In this document: piece by piece, positions 24,505 through 37,100 of the stretch
How the letters are laid out: every line of letters begins with the position of its first letter
Numbering within the stretch: position 1 is the stretch's first letter
Source: Cyanophora paradoxa CCMP329
Lineage: Eukaryota > Plantae > Glaucophyta
Length of the DNA stretch: 64,000 bases
Direction of reading: 5' to 3'
Assembly (NCBI GenBank): GCA_004431415.1
Contig: QPMI01000017.1
Span: 1-64,000, forward strand
Notes under the pieces: model-generated
Told to the model about the DNA's origin: nothing
Database searches by the model: none
What the model saw: only the letters and a program-made list of their open reading frames with translations
Position numbers and translations under genes: made by a program

Positions 24505-26184
24505 ATGCTCGCCTCCGTTCCCGCTCCCCTGAGCGGCTCCTCGAAGTTCTCGCGCTTCGGCGATATCGTAAGCGTCCCGCGTTGCCATCCCTCGACGCGG
24601 CGCTCCGCGCCAATCGCACCCACACCGCAGGACACGAGCGCTAAGGACGTCTACGAGACGAGCGACCACGAGGAAACCGAATCCCAGCAGCCGGACGTGC
24701 CGCCGCACCGTGACGAGGTCTGCACAATGCACGGCGCCTTGCGCGGCAGAGCTGACGCGAGGGCAGGAGGAGGTCTTCGGGTCGGACGATGACATCGAGG
24801 ACACGCGCCTGTCGCCACGTCAGGCATTCGAAATGTTCATGGGGAAGCGCTACGACCTACGAAACCAAGGTCCGCGCGCCGGCCGCGCCAGCCCGCTGCG
24901 GGCGCAGCCGAGCGCCTGCTGCAGACATGTCGGATTCGATCGGGAAAGGGGGCCGGCGGGCGCGGCCGGCAGCGGAGTACGAGGTGCTGGAGGCGGCGAG
25001 CCGGCGCTTCGAGTCGCCGGCGCAGAAGCTGTACCGCCTGCGGGGCGAGGTGGCCGAGTTCCTCGAGGAGCTGGACGCCCTCCAGCAGGCCGAGACCCAG
25101 GACGACTCCGCCCACGCCGAGGCCGTGCGCCCCCGCCCCCGCGGGTCCCCCGCCCCGCCCGCTGAGCGGGGCCGCAGGGCGGCGGGCGGCGCCGGGGCGG
25201 CGCCGGCCGTCTAGCGGGGGAGCTGCGGGAGCTGCAGGAGCAGCTGGCGGGCGTGCTGCGGGACCAGCGCAAGCGCGGCCTGCTCCTCGCCGGCGACCCC
25301 GCGGCGCCCGTCTCCGCGGAGCTCTCCTCGCAGCTCTCCCAGCGCCTCGCCGCCCAGATCGAGGCCCTCCGCGTCTCCTCTCCGGCCCCCGCCGCTCCGG
25401 CCGCTCCGGCCGGCGGCGCCGCGGCGGCGCCGGCGGGCTCCCCGGCGGGGCCCCGGGCTCGGTGACGTACGAGGTCTTCTGCACGGCGGATTCGGCGGCC
25501 GTCGGGGGCGAGGCGCGCGCCGCGCAGCTGGAGGCCCGCATCGCCCGCCTCGAGAAGCTCCTCGGCAACTCCGACCCCGTGCGCCCTGGGGCCCCCGCCC
25601 TCGCCCCTCCCCGAGGAGGAGGGCCCGGGGCGACGGGCGGGAGGGGGGGCGCGCAGGCGGCGCCGTGCCTGCGGGGCTCGGTGGAGGAGGTCCGGCGGCG
25701 CCTCGCGCTCCTCGACCCCGCCCGCCTCGACGCCATTCAGCGCAAGTGCGCCGCCTCCTCCGCGGCCCCGCCCGGCGCCTCTGAGGCGGGGCGGGGCGGC
25801 AGGCTGCAGGCGCTGGGCCCGCAGCTGGAGCTGCTGGCGAAGCAGAAGGCGCTGCTGGGGTCGGCGGCAGGCCCCTCGGAGAAGAAGGTCGGGGAGCTCT
25901 ACGGGGCCCTGGAGCGCTGGGACGCCGTCTCCCAGCAGCTGCCGGCCCTCGTCGCCCGCCTCCACTCGCTGCGCGCCCTCCACGAGTCGGCTGCGCACTT
26001 CAAGGCGACCCTCGCCGCCCTCGAGGCGGAGCAGGCCGGCGCGAGCGACGCGCTGCGCTCGCAGGCGGCGCTGCTCGTGCGCCTCGAGCGCGGCCTCGCG
26101 GAGAACGCCGCCGCCGCCTCCGCCAACTTCGCCGCCCTCGAGGCCCGCGTCGCCGCCCTGCAGGCCAAGCTCCCCTCCAAGTGA
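24505..26184 (+). CDS. DCTN2: Dynactin subunit 2 (p50/dynamitin), multi-exon
   Basis: DVYETSD, AFEMFMGK..DMSDSI, ESPAQKLYRLRGEVAEFLEEL, LEARIARLEKLLG, KVGELYGALERWD, LPALVARLHSLRALHESA. Confidence 0.9.
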
Positions 26185-26443
26185 GCGCCAGGGCCCCGCC
26201 CCGGCTCGCCCGGTCGCTCTCGAGCTCAAGCTGCCTTTTTCTGTATTTGAAACGAGTTAAAACAGTCCGAATCTGGTTCTTCGGCCCTAAAAGAAGAGGG
26301 TCTACATACACGAGGAACCTACGCGTCTTCTTCACTTCTTCACATTCCTACGAGCCAGGCCTAGTAAAACAAAGGGGGGGTGCCCCCGACACAAACTGTA
26401 AAGCTCCTGAAACTAGTACGCGTTCTCGACGGCGGCGAGGAGC

Positions 26444-27016
26444 CTAGTACGCGTTCTCGACGGCGGCGAGGGAGCTGGCGCGCTGGGATCTGGCGGCGGA
26501 CTCGATGGAAATGCCCATTGCCAGGGGCGAGCTCATCGTCCGGGGGATGCTGCCGCACAGGCCGGCCTGACCGGCGGACGCGGCCGCGGCGGCGGCGGCG
26601 GCCTCCTCGGCCATCTGCCGGCGGAGGGCCGGGGGGATGTACTTGCCGCCGGAGGAGGGGGGAGGGGAGTGGGCGGGGGTGGAGCGGGTGGCGGAGGGGG
26701 GCGGGCTCGGGGAGGGGGCGAGGGGCTCGGAGGCGGCGCGGCGGGCCGGGGTGCCCTCCTCGCAGAACTCGAACATCATCCCCTCCGAGTCGTCCGTGTC
26801 CTGCCGCAGCGACTCCTCCGAGACCGCTGCCCGCCCCCTCCGTCAGCCCGGCCCCCGCGCCGCCGGCGCGGAGGGCGCGGGGCGCGGGGCGCACCGTCGG
26901 TGAAGCGGATGAGCACGACGGAGATGTTGTCGAAGACGTCCTTGCGCGTCGCCAGCTCCACCAGCCGCATGCACACCTGCCCCGCCACGCGTCGGCGCCA
27001 CCTTCGCGCCGCCGGG

Positions 27017-27053
<37 letters not shown>

Positions 27054-28981
27054 CGGGCGGGGCACCTGGGTCTCGGTGGCGCAGGTCTGGAGGAGGGAGC
27101 CGCGGCGCTCGCCGGGGCGGTGCACGGGGGGCGCGGGCGCGTGGCCGGCGTCGTTTGTCACGTTCCGAACGACGTCCACCGCCTCCTGCTCCGTGATCAC
27201 GTCCCTGCCCGCCGCCCGTGAGCCCCGTCCCGCGGCCGCACCGACACGCAGGGCGCGCGGGCGCACCAGATGCCGTCGCTGGCCATGACGATGAACTCGC
27301 CGCCGTTGTCGAGGGCCTCCTTGGTGTCGAGGACCTTGATGTACGGGCGCCAGCTGAGGCCCTGGTGCTCCAGGTCGAAGTCGCCCAGCGCGCGGCTCAC
27401 GGCCAGCATGCCCCCGATGCGCGCCACGCTCCCCATCACCACCTCCCCGCCGCTCTTTTCGATCCGCTCCCGCTCCTTCGGCTCGTGCGGCTTGTGGTCG
27501 AACGACAGCCGCACGCTCTGTGGCAAGGTCAGGGAAGGAAGGAAGCGTGTGCGGGCAGCCGGTGGAGCGCACCCGGCCAGCGGAGGTGCCAAGGATGGCG
27601 CGCGTGTCGCCCACGTTGGCGACGAAGAAGTGCTCCTGAGAGAAGAAAGCCACCAGAACGGTGGTGCCGCTCTCGATCTTCTTTTCGAAGAGCTGATTGC
27701 GCATGCTTTGGAAGGTCGTGTGCAGGGCAAGGACAACGGTGTCGATGTGGACGTCGTGCGAGCATGCGCCGAGGTCGACTTCAGGCTTTGTTTTGTCTGC
27801 GGCACCGTCAGCGACACTTGCACGGGCTGCTCGGCCCAGGGGGGACAAAAGTTCGGCCGACCGTACGCGAGCTTCAGCTCCGCATCAGAAAACGCCTCGA
27901 ATGCCTTCAGGTTCTCCTCGAAGCACTTATCGAAATGCTGACAAACATAATCCCCAGCTTCCGTGCCCGAATGCCCGTCCATAACTGGATCGTCGACTTG
28001 ACGGTCAGAGTCGGGCGGCGAGTTCGGGCGAGGTTCCGCGCACCGGCAAAGAGATCCTCATCGTCCTTGTTCCTGAATCTCCTTTTGATCAGGACGAAGT
28101 CCTCCATGCGCTCCTTCCCGCCCAACGAGTGGGCCTAGATCAACAGGCATCAGCAATGTGGTTGCGGGATCGGGAGCAGGTGGCCAGGGCGGCAGCGTAC
28201 CGAGCCGACGCGGAATCGGGCCGAGCGAGCACCTGGAAAAGCGGCAGTGAGCACGGGCTGATCAAGGACGCAGGTGCTCGCAAAGGTTGAGCGTATACGC
28301 GCGAGGCGTCACTGCGGCGATGCATATCCAACTACGGCGAGCTCACTCACATTCGAGGGCCTGCGAGACGGGAGCCGATTAGAGTTGCGTCACACGACCG
28401 CCCAACCCTCGTCCCGGCGAGAGGGGTTGGGGGTCGGCAGATACGCACAGTGTTGTTGGAGACGTAAACACCCTTCTTGTCGAGAAGCCGCATCGCTGCC
28501 TGACGCAGGTCCGGGTCCTTAGAGCGAAACGCTGTGCATGAGATCCAGTCGTGAAAGATATCTAGTTGTCTTTGTCTAGCTGTGATCCGGGCTTCTTTGT
28601 CTTTGTCTAGCTGTGATCCGGGCTTCCTGGTTGAAGTTTGGTGTGGTGTTGGGGGTACGACCGAGCGGCCGTGGCCAACGTCGCCGAAACTTCAAGCCCC
28701 TGCCAGCGGTCCCTTCGACGCCAAAATGGCCGCACCCGCACGTCCCGTGCGGCTAATGAACAGCTTCGGCCGGGTGCGCCGTTCGTCCCCCGGATACCCG
28801 CCAGTGACCCGCCGGTCACCCCGCGTTGCCACCGACAGCTCCGCATTATCGTCGGAGAGGCGATGCAACTGAACGGTTCATTGTTCAAGGCACCGCAGGT
28901 GCGTGAGCGCTCCAAAACCACATAGCTGTCTTCGAGGGGACGCCAGCCCCCCTCGCCAGCGGCCGCCTCATCCGCTTGCAT
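26444..28981 (-). CDS. Protein phosphatase 2C (PPM family) with N- and C-terminal extensions
   Basis: FRVGS|AHSLGGKERMED, MDGHSG, SGTTVLV, VANVGDTRAIL, LSFDHKP, ERERIEKSGG, RIGGMLAVSRALGD, VMASDGIW|DV, DNISVVLI. The 5' exons upstream of about 28230 (ATG 28981) are less certain. Confidence 0.88.
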
Positions 28982-29107
28982 ATCTAAGCTCTTTTGAAGC
29001 GCAACCTGCGCACCTCTCCGGCCAGTCGCGCCAGCACAGCGAGCCCACTCAAAGCGCTTCGAGCACGCCTGGCCGGCTAGCCTTACCTCTAAGAAAAGCG
29101 CTAGAGC

Positions 29108-30834
29108 ATGCGAGACGCACGTCTCGCCTCTCTCTGCCGCACGGCGTGCCGACGCCTCGCGCAGCCTTACGTGGTGGTCACGTTCAACGGGCAATCTCAA
29201 AGGACCCAACCAGCAACAGGCACCAAATGCGAATGTCCGCGCAACATCCCGAGCGCTCTCCTCGCTCCGTTCGCCGCTGACAGGCCCGGCGCCGCAGGGA
29301 ACCAGGAGTTCGCGTTTGAGGCGATGCCACAGAGCTCAGCCCGCGTCGAATTCGTGGTCGTCGACGGCAAGAAGGAGGAGGAGATCGGCCGCGTGGCGCT
29401 GAACGTGAGCCATTCCGCCCGCGACCGCCGCGCAGCTGACAGGCGCTCGGCAGCTGCGGAAACAGAGCGTCGCCGACGGGAAGCCGGTCGACGCGCTGCT
29501 GCAGCTGGTCGGGTCGACGTCCAAGGAGTTCGCCGGTGGGCGCGCCGCTTGCTCGTAGCCCTTTCCTGGCTGAGCTGCCCGCGCGCCGCAGGGCGCCTAC
29601 GCGTGATTGTGGTCTTCGAGATGCGGGCCGGCGGCGGCGCGGGGATGTCCGCCGCAGGGACCTCGGCGGCGGCGCAGGCGCGCGGCGACCAGGGCACCTT
29701 CGCGAAGGCCCTCTCCTCCCTCTTCGGCAGCGGGGACGCCCCGCCGCCGCCGCCGGCGGCGGGGCAGCAGATGTACAGCCCGTCGCACTCGGCGCTGCTG
29801 CGCTCCAAGTCGCCTCTGCCGATCGAGGACGCCGCGGCGGGGCCCGACCTCTACTCGACGCCGGCGCCGGGCTACGGCGAGGCGGGGCAGCCGGCGCTGT
29901 ACCCGTCCCCGCAGCCGGCGGGGCCGGCGGGGGAGGAGGGTGGCCTCATCGTGACGGACCTGCGGCACCTCTCCGGCGCCAGCCCGCCCCCCGAGGAGAA
30001 GAAGAAGGGTGCGCGTCCGCCCCGGGGCGCGCTCCCCGCTTACGCGAGCGAGCGAGCGAGCGCGGGGCGCGCAGGCCGCTTCTTCTCGCGCTTCCGGCGC
30101 TCTACGTCGCCGCAGCGGAGCAGCCTGCCGGGGGGCCCGCCGGGCCCGCAGGAGGAGCTGCGCGGGGGCAAGAAGAAGGGCCGCAGCACGGTGGCCGGCG
30201 GCGGGCAGTCGATCTACGAGTCCAATACGGCGATCTACGGCGGGGGACAGCCCAGCTACTACCCGCCCGCCACCCCCGCCGCCTACGCCACGCCAGCCGC
30301 CTACGCCACGCCCTCCGCCGGAGGGCCGGGGCCGGACCTGCGGCCGCCCACGCCGCCACCCATGCCGGCGCAGGCGCAGCCGGCGGGGTACGGGACGCCG
30401 TACGCCGCGCAGGCGGGGGCGGCGACGATGTACCCGTCGCCGTCGCCGGCGTCGGTGGTGCCGGAGCCGGAGCGGGGCCCCTCGTTCGCGTGGCAGGCCC
30501 TCCTCGAGAACCCCAACGCCGCCGGTGCGCTCCGCGCCCCCCGCCGCGCCGCGCCGCCTCGTCGAGCGGGCGGGGGGGCGGGCGGGGTGCAGACCCCGAG
30601 GTGGCGGCGCTGTCGCAGGGGGGCGGGAGCGGGCGGGCGAGCACGGGGAAGCAGGTGGCGGAGGCGGTGCCGTGCCTCTGCCAGGGCTTCGGCTTCCTCT
30701 TCCGCTCCGGCGACGACGAGGCCGCCAGCGACTGGGAGGACTCCTCCCGCCCGCAGGCCTCCCCCTACGCCCCCTCCCCCGGCCGCCCCGACTACTACCG
30801 TACCCCGGTCGCCAACCCCATGGTCCGCGGCTAG
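29108..30834 (+). CDS. C2-domain protein with a long Pro/Tyr/Ala-rich tail
   Basis: MRD|PYVVVTFNGQSQRT...NQEFAF...VEFVVVDGKKEEEIGRVAL...GRLRVIVVFE; ends ...PVANPMVRG*. Confidence 0.75.
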
Positions 30835-31241
30835 CCGGCCCCGCCTCCGCCCCTCGGAACTCCCTCGCGCCCCGCCCCCGCCCCCCGCGCCCCTTCCCCC
30901 ACCTCTCTCCGTCCTCAAATGCATTTCTCGCACCGTGGCCTCTTGCAAATCAGAGGGGCGAGCGCGAGCGCAGATTTGACGGGCCGGGGGGGGGGTTCAA
31001 ATTCAGCTTTATTAATGAAACAGAGCCAAACCTTCATGACTACACAGAAATATACAGCGGAGGGGGGGCAATATCGATCCCGCAGGCGCTGAGGCGCACG
31101 CTCCTAGACACGGAACTGCACTAAACAATCCCAACCCCGGCGGCGGGGACATCGATGGGGACCCGCTATCAAAACCCTACGTTCCCATCCCGAAAATGCT
31201 GGCTTGAGACCGGACGCGCCGGCCGGGCCGGAGCTCTGCGC

Positions 31242-33579
31242 TTAGTAGCGGCGCGGGCTCTGCTGGCTGTAGTACGAGGCCTGGCCCGGGGTCGAGGGGT
31301 AGCCGTGGCCCGAGCTGTGCGAGTTGTACCCGTTGTAGCCGCTGTTGTAGCCGCTGACGGGCGTCTTGGCGCCGCTCCGGCCGGCGCGGGGCGTCATGGT
31401 CCTGCGGGCGCACCCGGTCAGGGCCGGCGTGTGCGAAGGGCGGCGGGGCGCGGCGGGGGCGCGCGCACCCGAGGGCCTGGTAGTAGGTGTTGCGGGAGTA
31501 GTGGGAGGCCTGGGCGTCCCAGCTCTTGTAGTTGGCGTCGTACTGGTAGCGGCGCTGGTTCCGCTGCTGCTTCCAGTCGTAGTGGTCGTCGTGGTGCCCG
31601 TGGTCGTACTGCCGCGCGCGGCCGTCAGCGCCCCGCCCCGCGCCCGCACGCGCCTCGGGCCGAGGCGAGCGGGCGGGGCGCACGTCGCGGTCGCGGTGGT
31701 GGCCGCTGTGGTAGTCGCGGTCGCCGCCGCGGTGGTGGCCGTGGGAGGAGTGGCCGGCGCCGTGGCCCGAGCCGTACTGGCTCCCGAAGTCGCGGTCGGT
31801 CCAGCGGTAGTAGTCGCGGTCGGTCCAGTCGTGGCCCTGGGTGTGGTGCCCGCCGAAGGGGCTCGTGGGGACGAACTTGTGCCCGCCGTAGTTCGTCTTG
31901 CCGAAGAGGAACTCCATGAGGCCGCCGCGCTGGTGGAAGGCCTCGCCCATCCCGTGCGCCGGCTGCAGCGCGCTCCCGTTCTGCACCGCGTGGATGACCC
32001 CCGAGCCGGCCGCGAGGCCCGCGGGGCCCCCGTTCCAGCCCCCGAAGCTGCGCTCGCCGTGGTGCCCGCCGCCGAAGCCGAAGCAGGAGCAGCCGTGTAC
32101 GTTGGCGTGCACCCCGCTCTCGACGTACGTGTCGGTGTGGCTGTAGTGGAGGCGGCAGGGGGCGTAGACGAGCCCCGTGTCCTCCTCCATGTCGACCGCC
32201 TCGGAGCGCATCAGGTCGTTCACGAGGTGGCGCCCGTTGTAGGTGAAGCCGGCCTTGATGTGCCCCTCGCTCGTCTCGATGAGGACCTTGAGGGCGATCA
32301 GGAAGTGGAAGGCGTTCGTGCGCAGCGCCGGGTTCGAGCCGTGCCGGTTCAGCGCCTCCGCCACCGCCGCGTCCCCTGCCGCCCGCCGCCTCGGTGGGCG
32401 AGCCCGGCGGGGCGGGGCGCGGCGGGGCGGGGCGGGGCGGGGCGGGGCGGACCGTGCCAGTTGACGACGTCGTGCACGCCGCCGCGGTCGATCGCCTTCT
32501 TCAGCAGCGCCACCCCGTCGATCTGCCCGCACCTCCGCCTCAGCGGCGGCCGGCCGGCGCGGAGGGAGCGGGCGCGGCGGGGAGGGCGGGCGGAGGCGGG
32601 GGCGTGCGTGCCTGGGTGCGGACGTTCATGGGGGACTTGGCCATCGCGTGCACGATCTGGTCCACGGTCCAGTTCATCGGCAGCGTGCCTGCGCCCGCGC
32701 CCCGCCCCCGTCGGCACGGGGCGGCGGCGGGGCGGGCCAGAGGCAGCGGCGGTGCGGGCGGCGGGCGGGGGGCGGGCGGGGGCGGGCGGAACGCACACTC
32801 GCCGTCAGGGAAGTCGACGTCGACAACGTGGCCGTAGTACGAGGCCCCGCGGGAGAAGGTCTTGCTCAGGAACGGCCGCCGCCGCATCGCCTCTGTGTAC
32901 TCCGGCCGCTTGTACGTCACGTTCTGCGGCCGCGTCCGTCAGAAGGCCGCCGCCGTGACGGCTAGGAGCCGCGGGCCGACCATCGCGGTGATGTAGACCT
33001 GCGGCGGGGAGCGATCAGGCACGCGCTAGGGGCCAAATTCAAGCCAGAAAGAGGCAACGCACGTGCTTCTGGATGTCCGGGTCGTTCGGGTAGTCGCGGG
33101 CCAGAACGTTGAGCGCATCTACGAGGCGGCGGTGAGGGATCCGCGGCTACCTGGATCGGGGGGGTCCGAACTCACCGAGACCTCCCTCCTCGACAAAGAG
33201 GTTCGGCTTCACTGCGGGGAGCAGTCAGAACGCGGGTCGGGAGCGGGATGATTAGATCGGATCGGGCGCGAGTCGCGCGCAGGACCGGCCCGGCGGCCGA
33301 AAGCCCGCGTGTGCGCGATAAAACAAGTTCAACTATCGATAAATAGAAACCGGGAGGCCGAGGCTGGCCGGCGAGGGCTAGGGCAACTTTGGCCGTGAAG
33401 ACCTAAACGGCTGAAACTGCCACGGCGGGGGGCGCACCATCGCCGCGGCCGAGAGCGCGGTTGAACGCGTCGAGGTGAGCGCAGAGCACGACCGGGTTCC
33501 CGTGAGCGTGCTCGAGGGCGACGAGGAGGTCCCGCGTTCCCTTCGCCTGCCCGGCGCCGAAGAAGTTCGCCACGGCCAT
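31242..33579 (-). CDS. ARM-like helical-repeat protein with a Gly/His/Tyr-rich low-complexity C-terminus
   Basis: Repeated helical motif: LLVALEHAHGNPVV / NVLARDYPNDPDIQKH / IVHAMAKSPMN / VAEALNRHGSNPALR. Tail includes HTQGHDWTDRDYY...GHGAGHSSHGHH...GYNSGYNGYNSH...YYSQQSPRRY*. Confidence 0.65.
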
Positions 33580-34130
33580 CCTTTGATCGGTCACTCCAAC
33601 GATTAGGCGAGCCACTGCAGAAACGAACTGCTCTCGCCTCGGCCGACGAGCTCTCACACCTGTAGGCCTAAGGGGGGTACTGGCGATCCTTAAGGCTCAC
33701 GAGGCAGCAAAAAACTCAATCGCCGGCCCCACACAGATCGATCGACGTCGACCGGTACCGGTACCGGAACCGTTGAAGGCTTGAAGCCTCCTTAAGCTTT
33801 TAAGTCTTTCAGCAGCTACGTATACGGTATAAGTACCTGCCTAGTACAGTGCCTAACACTGCTTACAGCTACCTTCTAAGGCCCAACATGGCAAAAGCCA
33901 AGGGCAGGTTACGGCTATCGATGGCGAAATGCAGCAGCTGGCGCTGCTGCTGCGATGGCTGTGCTGTTCATGCGACGACGATGCGAGGGCAAGGCTGTAC
34001 ACGCTTGCAATTGCGGGTTGCAGCCTTGCAGGGCGGCCGGGGGGATCCGACGGTCCGCTGTGCGGGGGCCAGATCTAGATGCTGGGAGGGCGCGGGGGCG
34101 GGGGGCCGGGGGGCTGGCCATGGGCCGGGG

Positions 34131-37100
34131 CTAGACGCGGATGTCGGCTAGGCCGGTGTGGGCCTGGAAGGTCTTGAGGGAGGTCAGCACGGGCTCCAGG
34201 AACTCCATGAAGCTCCTGCGGGCGCGGGCGGGGGCGGGGGCGGGGCAAGGCCGCCCGTCAGCGGGGCGCGCCGACGCCGGGGGCGGGGCGGGGCGGGGCA
34301 CCGGATGTCCTGCACGCCCGACTCGTCGCAGAGGCCCAGCATCCGCATCGTGTTCTCCCGCGACGGCGTGAACCGGAACAGCGGCTGCGCCCCGCCCCGG
34401 CTCAGGGCTCGCGGGGCGCGTGGGGTGGAGGGGTGCCGGCCGCACGGTGACGAGCTTCTGGAGGGGCCACGGGTGGAAGGGCTTCAGCGCCTCCTTGTAC
34501 GCCATCGCCATGCACTGCGGGGCCGCGTGAGGCGGCGCCGCGCTGGGCGGCGCTGCCCGGGCCGGGGCGGGGCGGGGGGCGGGCCTTCTCGCTGGGGAGG
34601 GGCTCGGCGCCGGGCTCGGGGGGCCGCGTGAGCTCCCGGAGGAGGATCATGACGAACTCGATGAGGCGGCAGAGCCAGACGCTGCACCACGCCCCCGCGT
34701 CCTCCTTGCGGGCCACCTTGTGCTCCAGCTCGACCCGCGAGATGTCCTGCACGGTGCGCGCCGGGCGCCCGCCCAGCGCGAACGTCCCGTGCTTGGTCAC
34801 CAGCATCCCCGGCCGCTTCGCGCTCTGCGTCACGATCGCGAAGATGCTCTGCGGCGCCCGCGGGCGGGCGGGCGGTGAGCTCAGATCGAGGGCGCCGGCC
34901 GGCGGGCGGCGCCGGCCCTCTCGCCCGCGCGCACGTCGGTCTTGTCGACGACGTCTTTCTTGACTATGTACAGCGCCTTTCCGAACTTGTCTGCGGGGAG
35001 CCGCCGCGTCAGGCCGGCCGGCCGGCAGAGCGCGCGGGGCGGGGCGGGGCGGGGCGGGGCGGGGGCGGGCCGAAGATCTTGGCGATCTCGCGGACGGCGA
35101 TGACGAACTCGAGGGCGGGGACCTCGCGCCCCGGGTGCTCCTCCGTCAGCCGCCGCAGGTTCCCGAACTTCGCCACTAGCGCCCCCGTCGCGAAAGCCAG
35201 GTGGTCTGCGCCCCGCCCGCCCCGTCGGCGGCCGGCCGGCCGGGCGGGCGGCGGGGCGGGGCGGGGGCCCCCGCGCGCTGCGCGGACGGACCGTCGAGGA
35301 CGATGTCGCCCGAGACGTCGCCGACGGCGGCGGGGCCATGAGGTGCTGCGCCGAGGCCCGCACCTCGGGCGGCGCCGACCCCGCACGTACTCCAGGCTCG
35401 GGTAGTGCGACCGCCGCGAGGCCACCGACGCGGCGGAGGCGACCGAGTCCAGCGAGGGCGAGCGCTGCAGGCCGCCCGGCCCCACGGGCCCCGGAGCGGC
35501 CCCCTCCGGCCCCGCGGGGGCCGACGCCGGCGCCGGCGGCCGCGGGGCCAGCGCCGGGGTGCGCGGGCTGGGCGGGACGGCGGAGGCGGACGAGAGGGGA
35601 GGCGGGGAGGCGGAGGAGGAGGGCGAGGACGGGCGCGTGGGCCTGGGCGAGGGGCGGGCGGAGACGGGGGCGGGGCGGCGGAGAGCGGGGGCGGCGGGTG
35701 GAGGAGAGGGCGGGCGGGGGCCGCGGGGAGGGAGCGGCGCCGCGGTGCGCGCTGGGGTCGGGGTCGGCGTCGCGGGGCGTGCGGGGGACGGGCGGCGGGT
35801 GCGAGGGGGTGTTCCACGGCGTCGAGAAGGCCCGCTCGGGGGTCCCCAGGCGGCGCCCGCTGGGGGGCAGCGCCGCGGAGGCCCCGAGGGCCGGGGGCGG
35901 GACCGGGGAGGGCAGGGGGCGCTCGGCGGGGGAGGCGGGGAGGGAGCGGGGGCCGACGGGGAAGATGGAGCCGTAGGCGGGCGGGGCGAGGGAGCGGGCG
36001 GTGAAGGGGGAGTGGGGGAGCGGGGCGGCGGGGGGCGGGGCGGCGGGGCGGGGGCGGCGGAGGCGGGGCGGGGCGGGGCCCGTTGTTCATGCGGGAGGAG
36101 ATGAGGGCGCCGAAGTCCATCACGGCGTCGTAGATGAAGGCCCCCACGTCCCGGCTCCCCCCGGCCCCCGCCGGCCGCGGTCCCCGCGCGCTCAGCGGCG
36201 CCGGGGGGACGGTCGGGAGGGGGGCGCGGGGCGAGGGGAGGGAGGCGGGGCGGGCGGGCGGCTCGTCGGAGCCGTCCTCCTCGTCGCTGGAGACCCAGTC
36301 CTTGTCCCGCTGCGTCTCCAGCTGCGCCTGCCCCCGCCCCGCCGTCAGCGGCGCCCGGCGCGGGGCGGGCGGGGCGGGCGGGGCGGGCGGACGGCCTCCT
36401 GGAGGGCGAGCTCGCGCTCGTGTGCGTCTTGGTGCAGCGCCTCCATCAGCACCCGCACGTGCCCGCTCTTCGCGAAGCCCGTGAACGCGTACTGCGTTTG
36501 CGCGCCCCGCGTGAGCGCGCGCGGCCGCAACGGCGGCCCGGCCGGCCCGGCGGGGAGTCGGCGGCGGCGGCGGACGCACGCGTTTGCCGTTGAAGAGCGT
36601 GAGCTCGATGCCGCAGGGGAAGAGGACCAGGAAGCTGAAGATCTTCTTGATGCGGCAGACGTCCAGGTACCGGAAGGTCTCCTGCGCGGTTGGGTTATGT
36701 TACGTGTCCCGCGCAGGAGACTCGGGGCCCCGGGCGCACCTTGTAGCAAACTTTGCCGACCCGGACGCTCTTAAAGGCGACGTAGTCCGGGAAGAGATCT
36801 GCCGCGGGCAGATTAGCGCCGGCGGAGGCGCCCCGGCTCGCGGTGGGCCCGTACAGATGCGGCCGGGAATGCGCCCAGCGATGAGGAGCTCTAGCGAGCA
36901 CCCCCATTCTCCCCGCAGGACCTGCGCGCGCGCCGTGGGGTCAGCGGGTAAACCACTCGGGTCCACGTCAGTCAGCCGGGTCGTGCCTGGTCGGGCGGGA
37001 GCTTGAAAGTCGCCTGCAGTCGCTTGGACCGCGTGTCTGCTGATTCGGCCTTGCGCGGTCGCTGCGAGCATTGTCTGTTGGTCCAAAACGACCAAAGCGG

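Noticed and set aside
17551-26184. Functional ciliary gene cluster (CDK20, CFAP210, DCTN2)
   Set aside because: These genes are interspersed with unrelated ones (COQ10, CNBP-like); co-location is plausibly chance in a compact genome.
27016-27053. Long G homopolymers (also about 9781-9799)
   Set aside because: They are intronic poly-C tracts on the coding strand; their length is unreliable and nothing suggests a special function.
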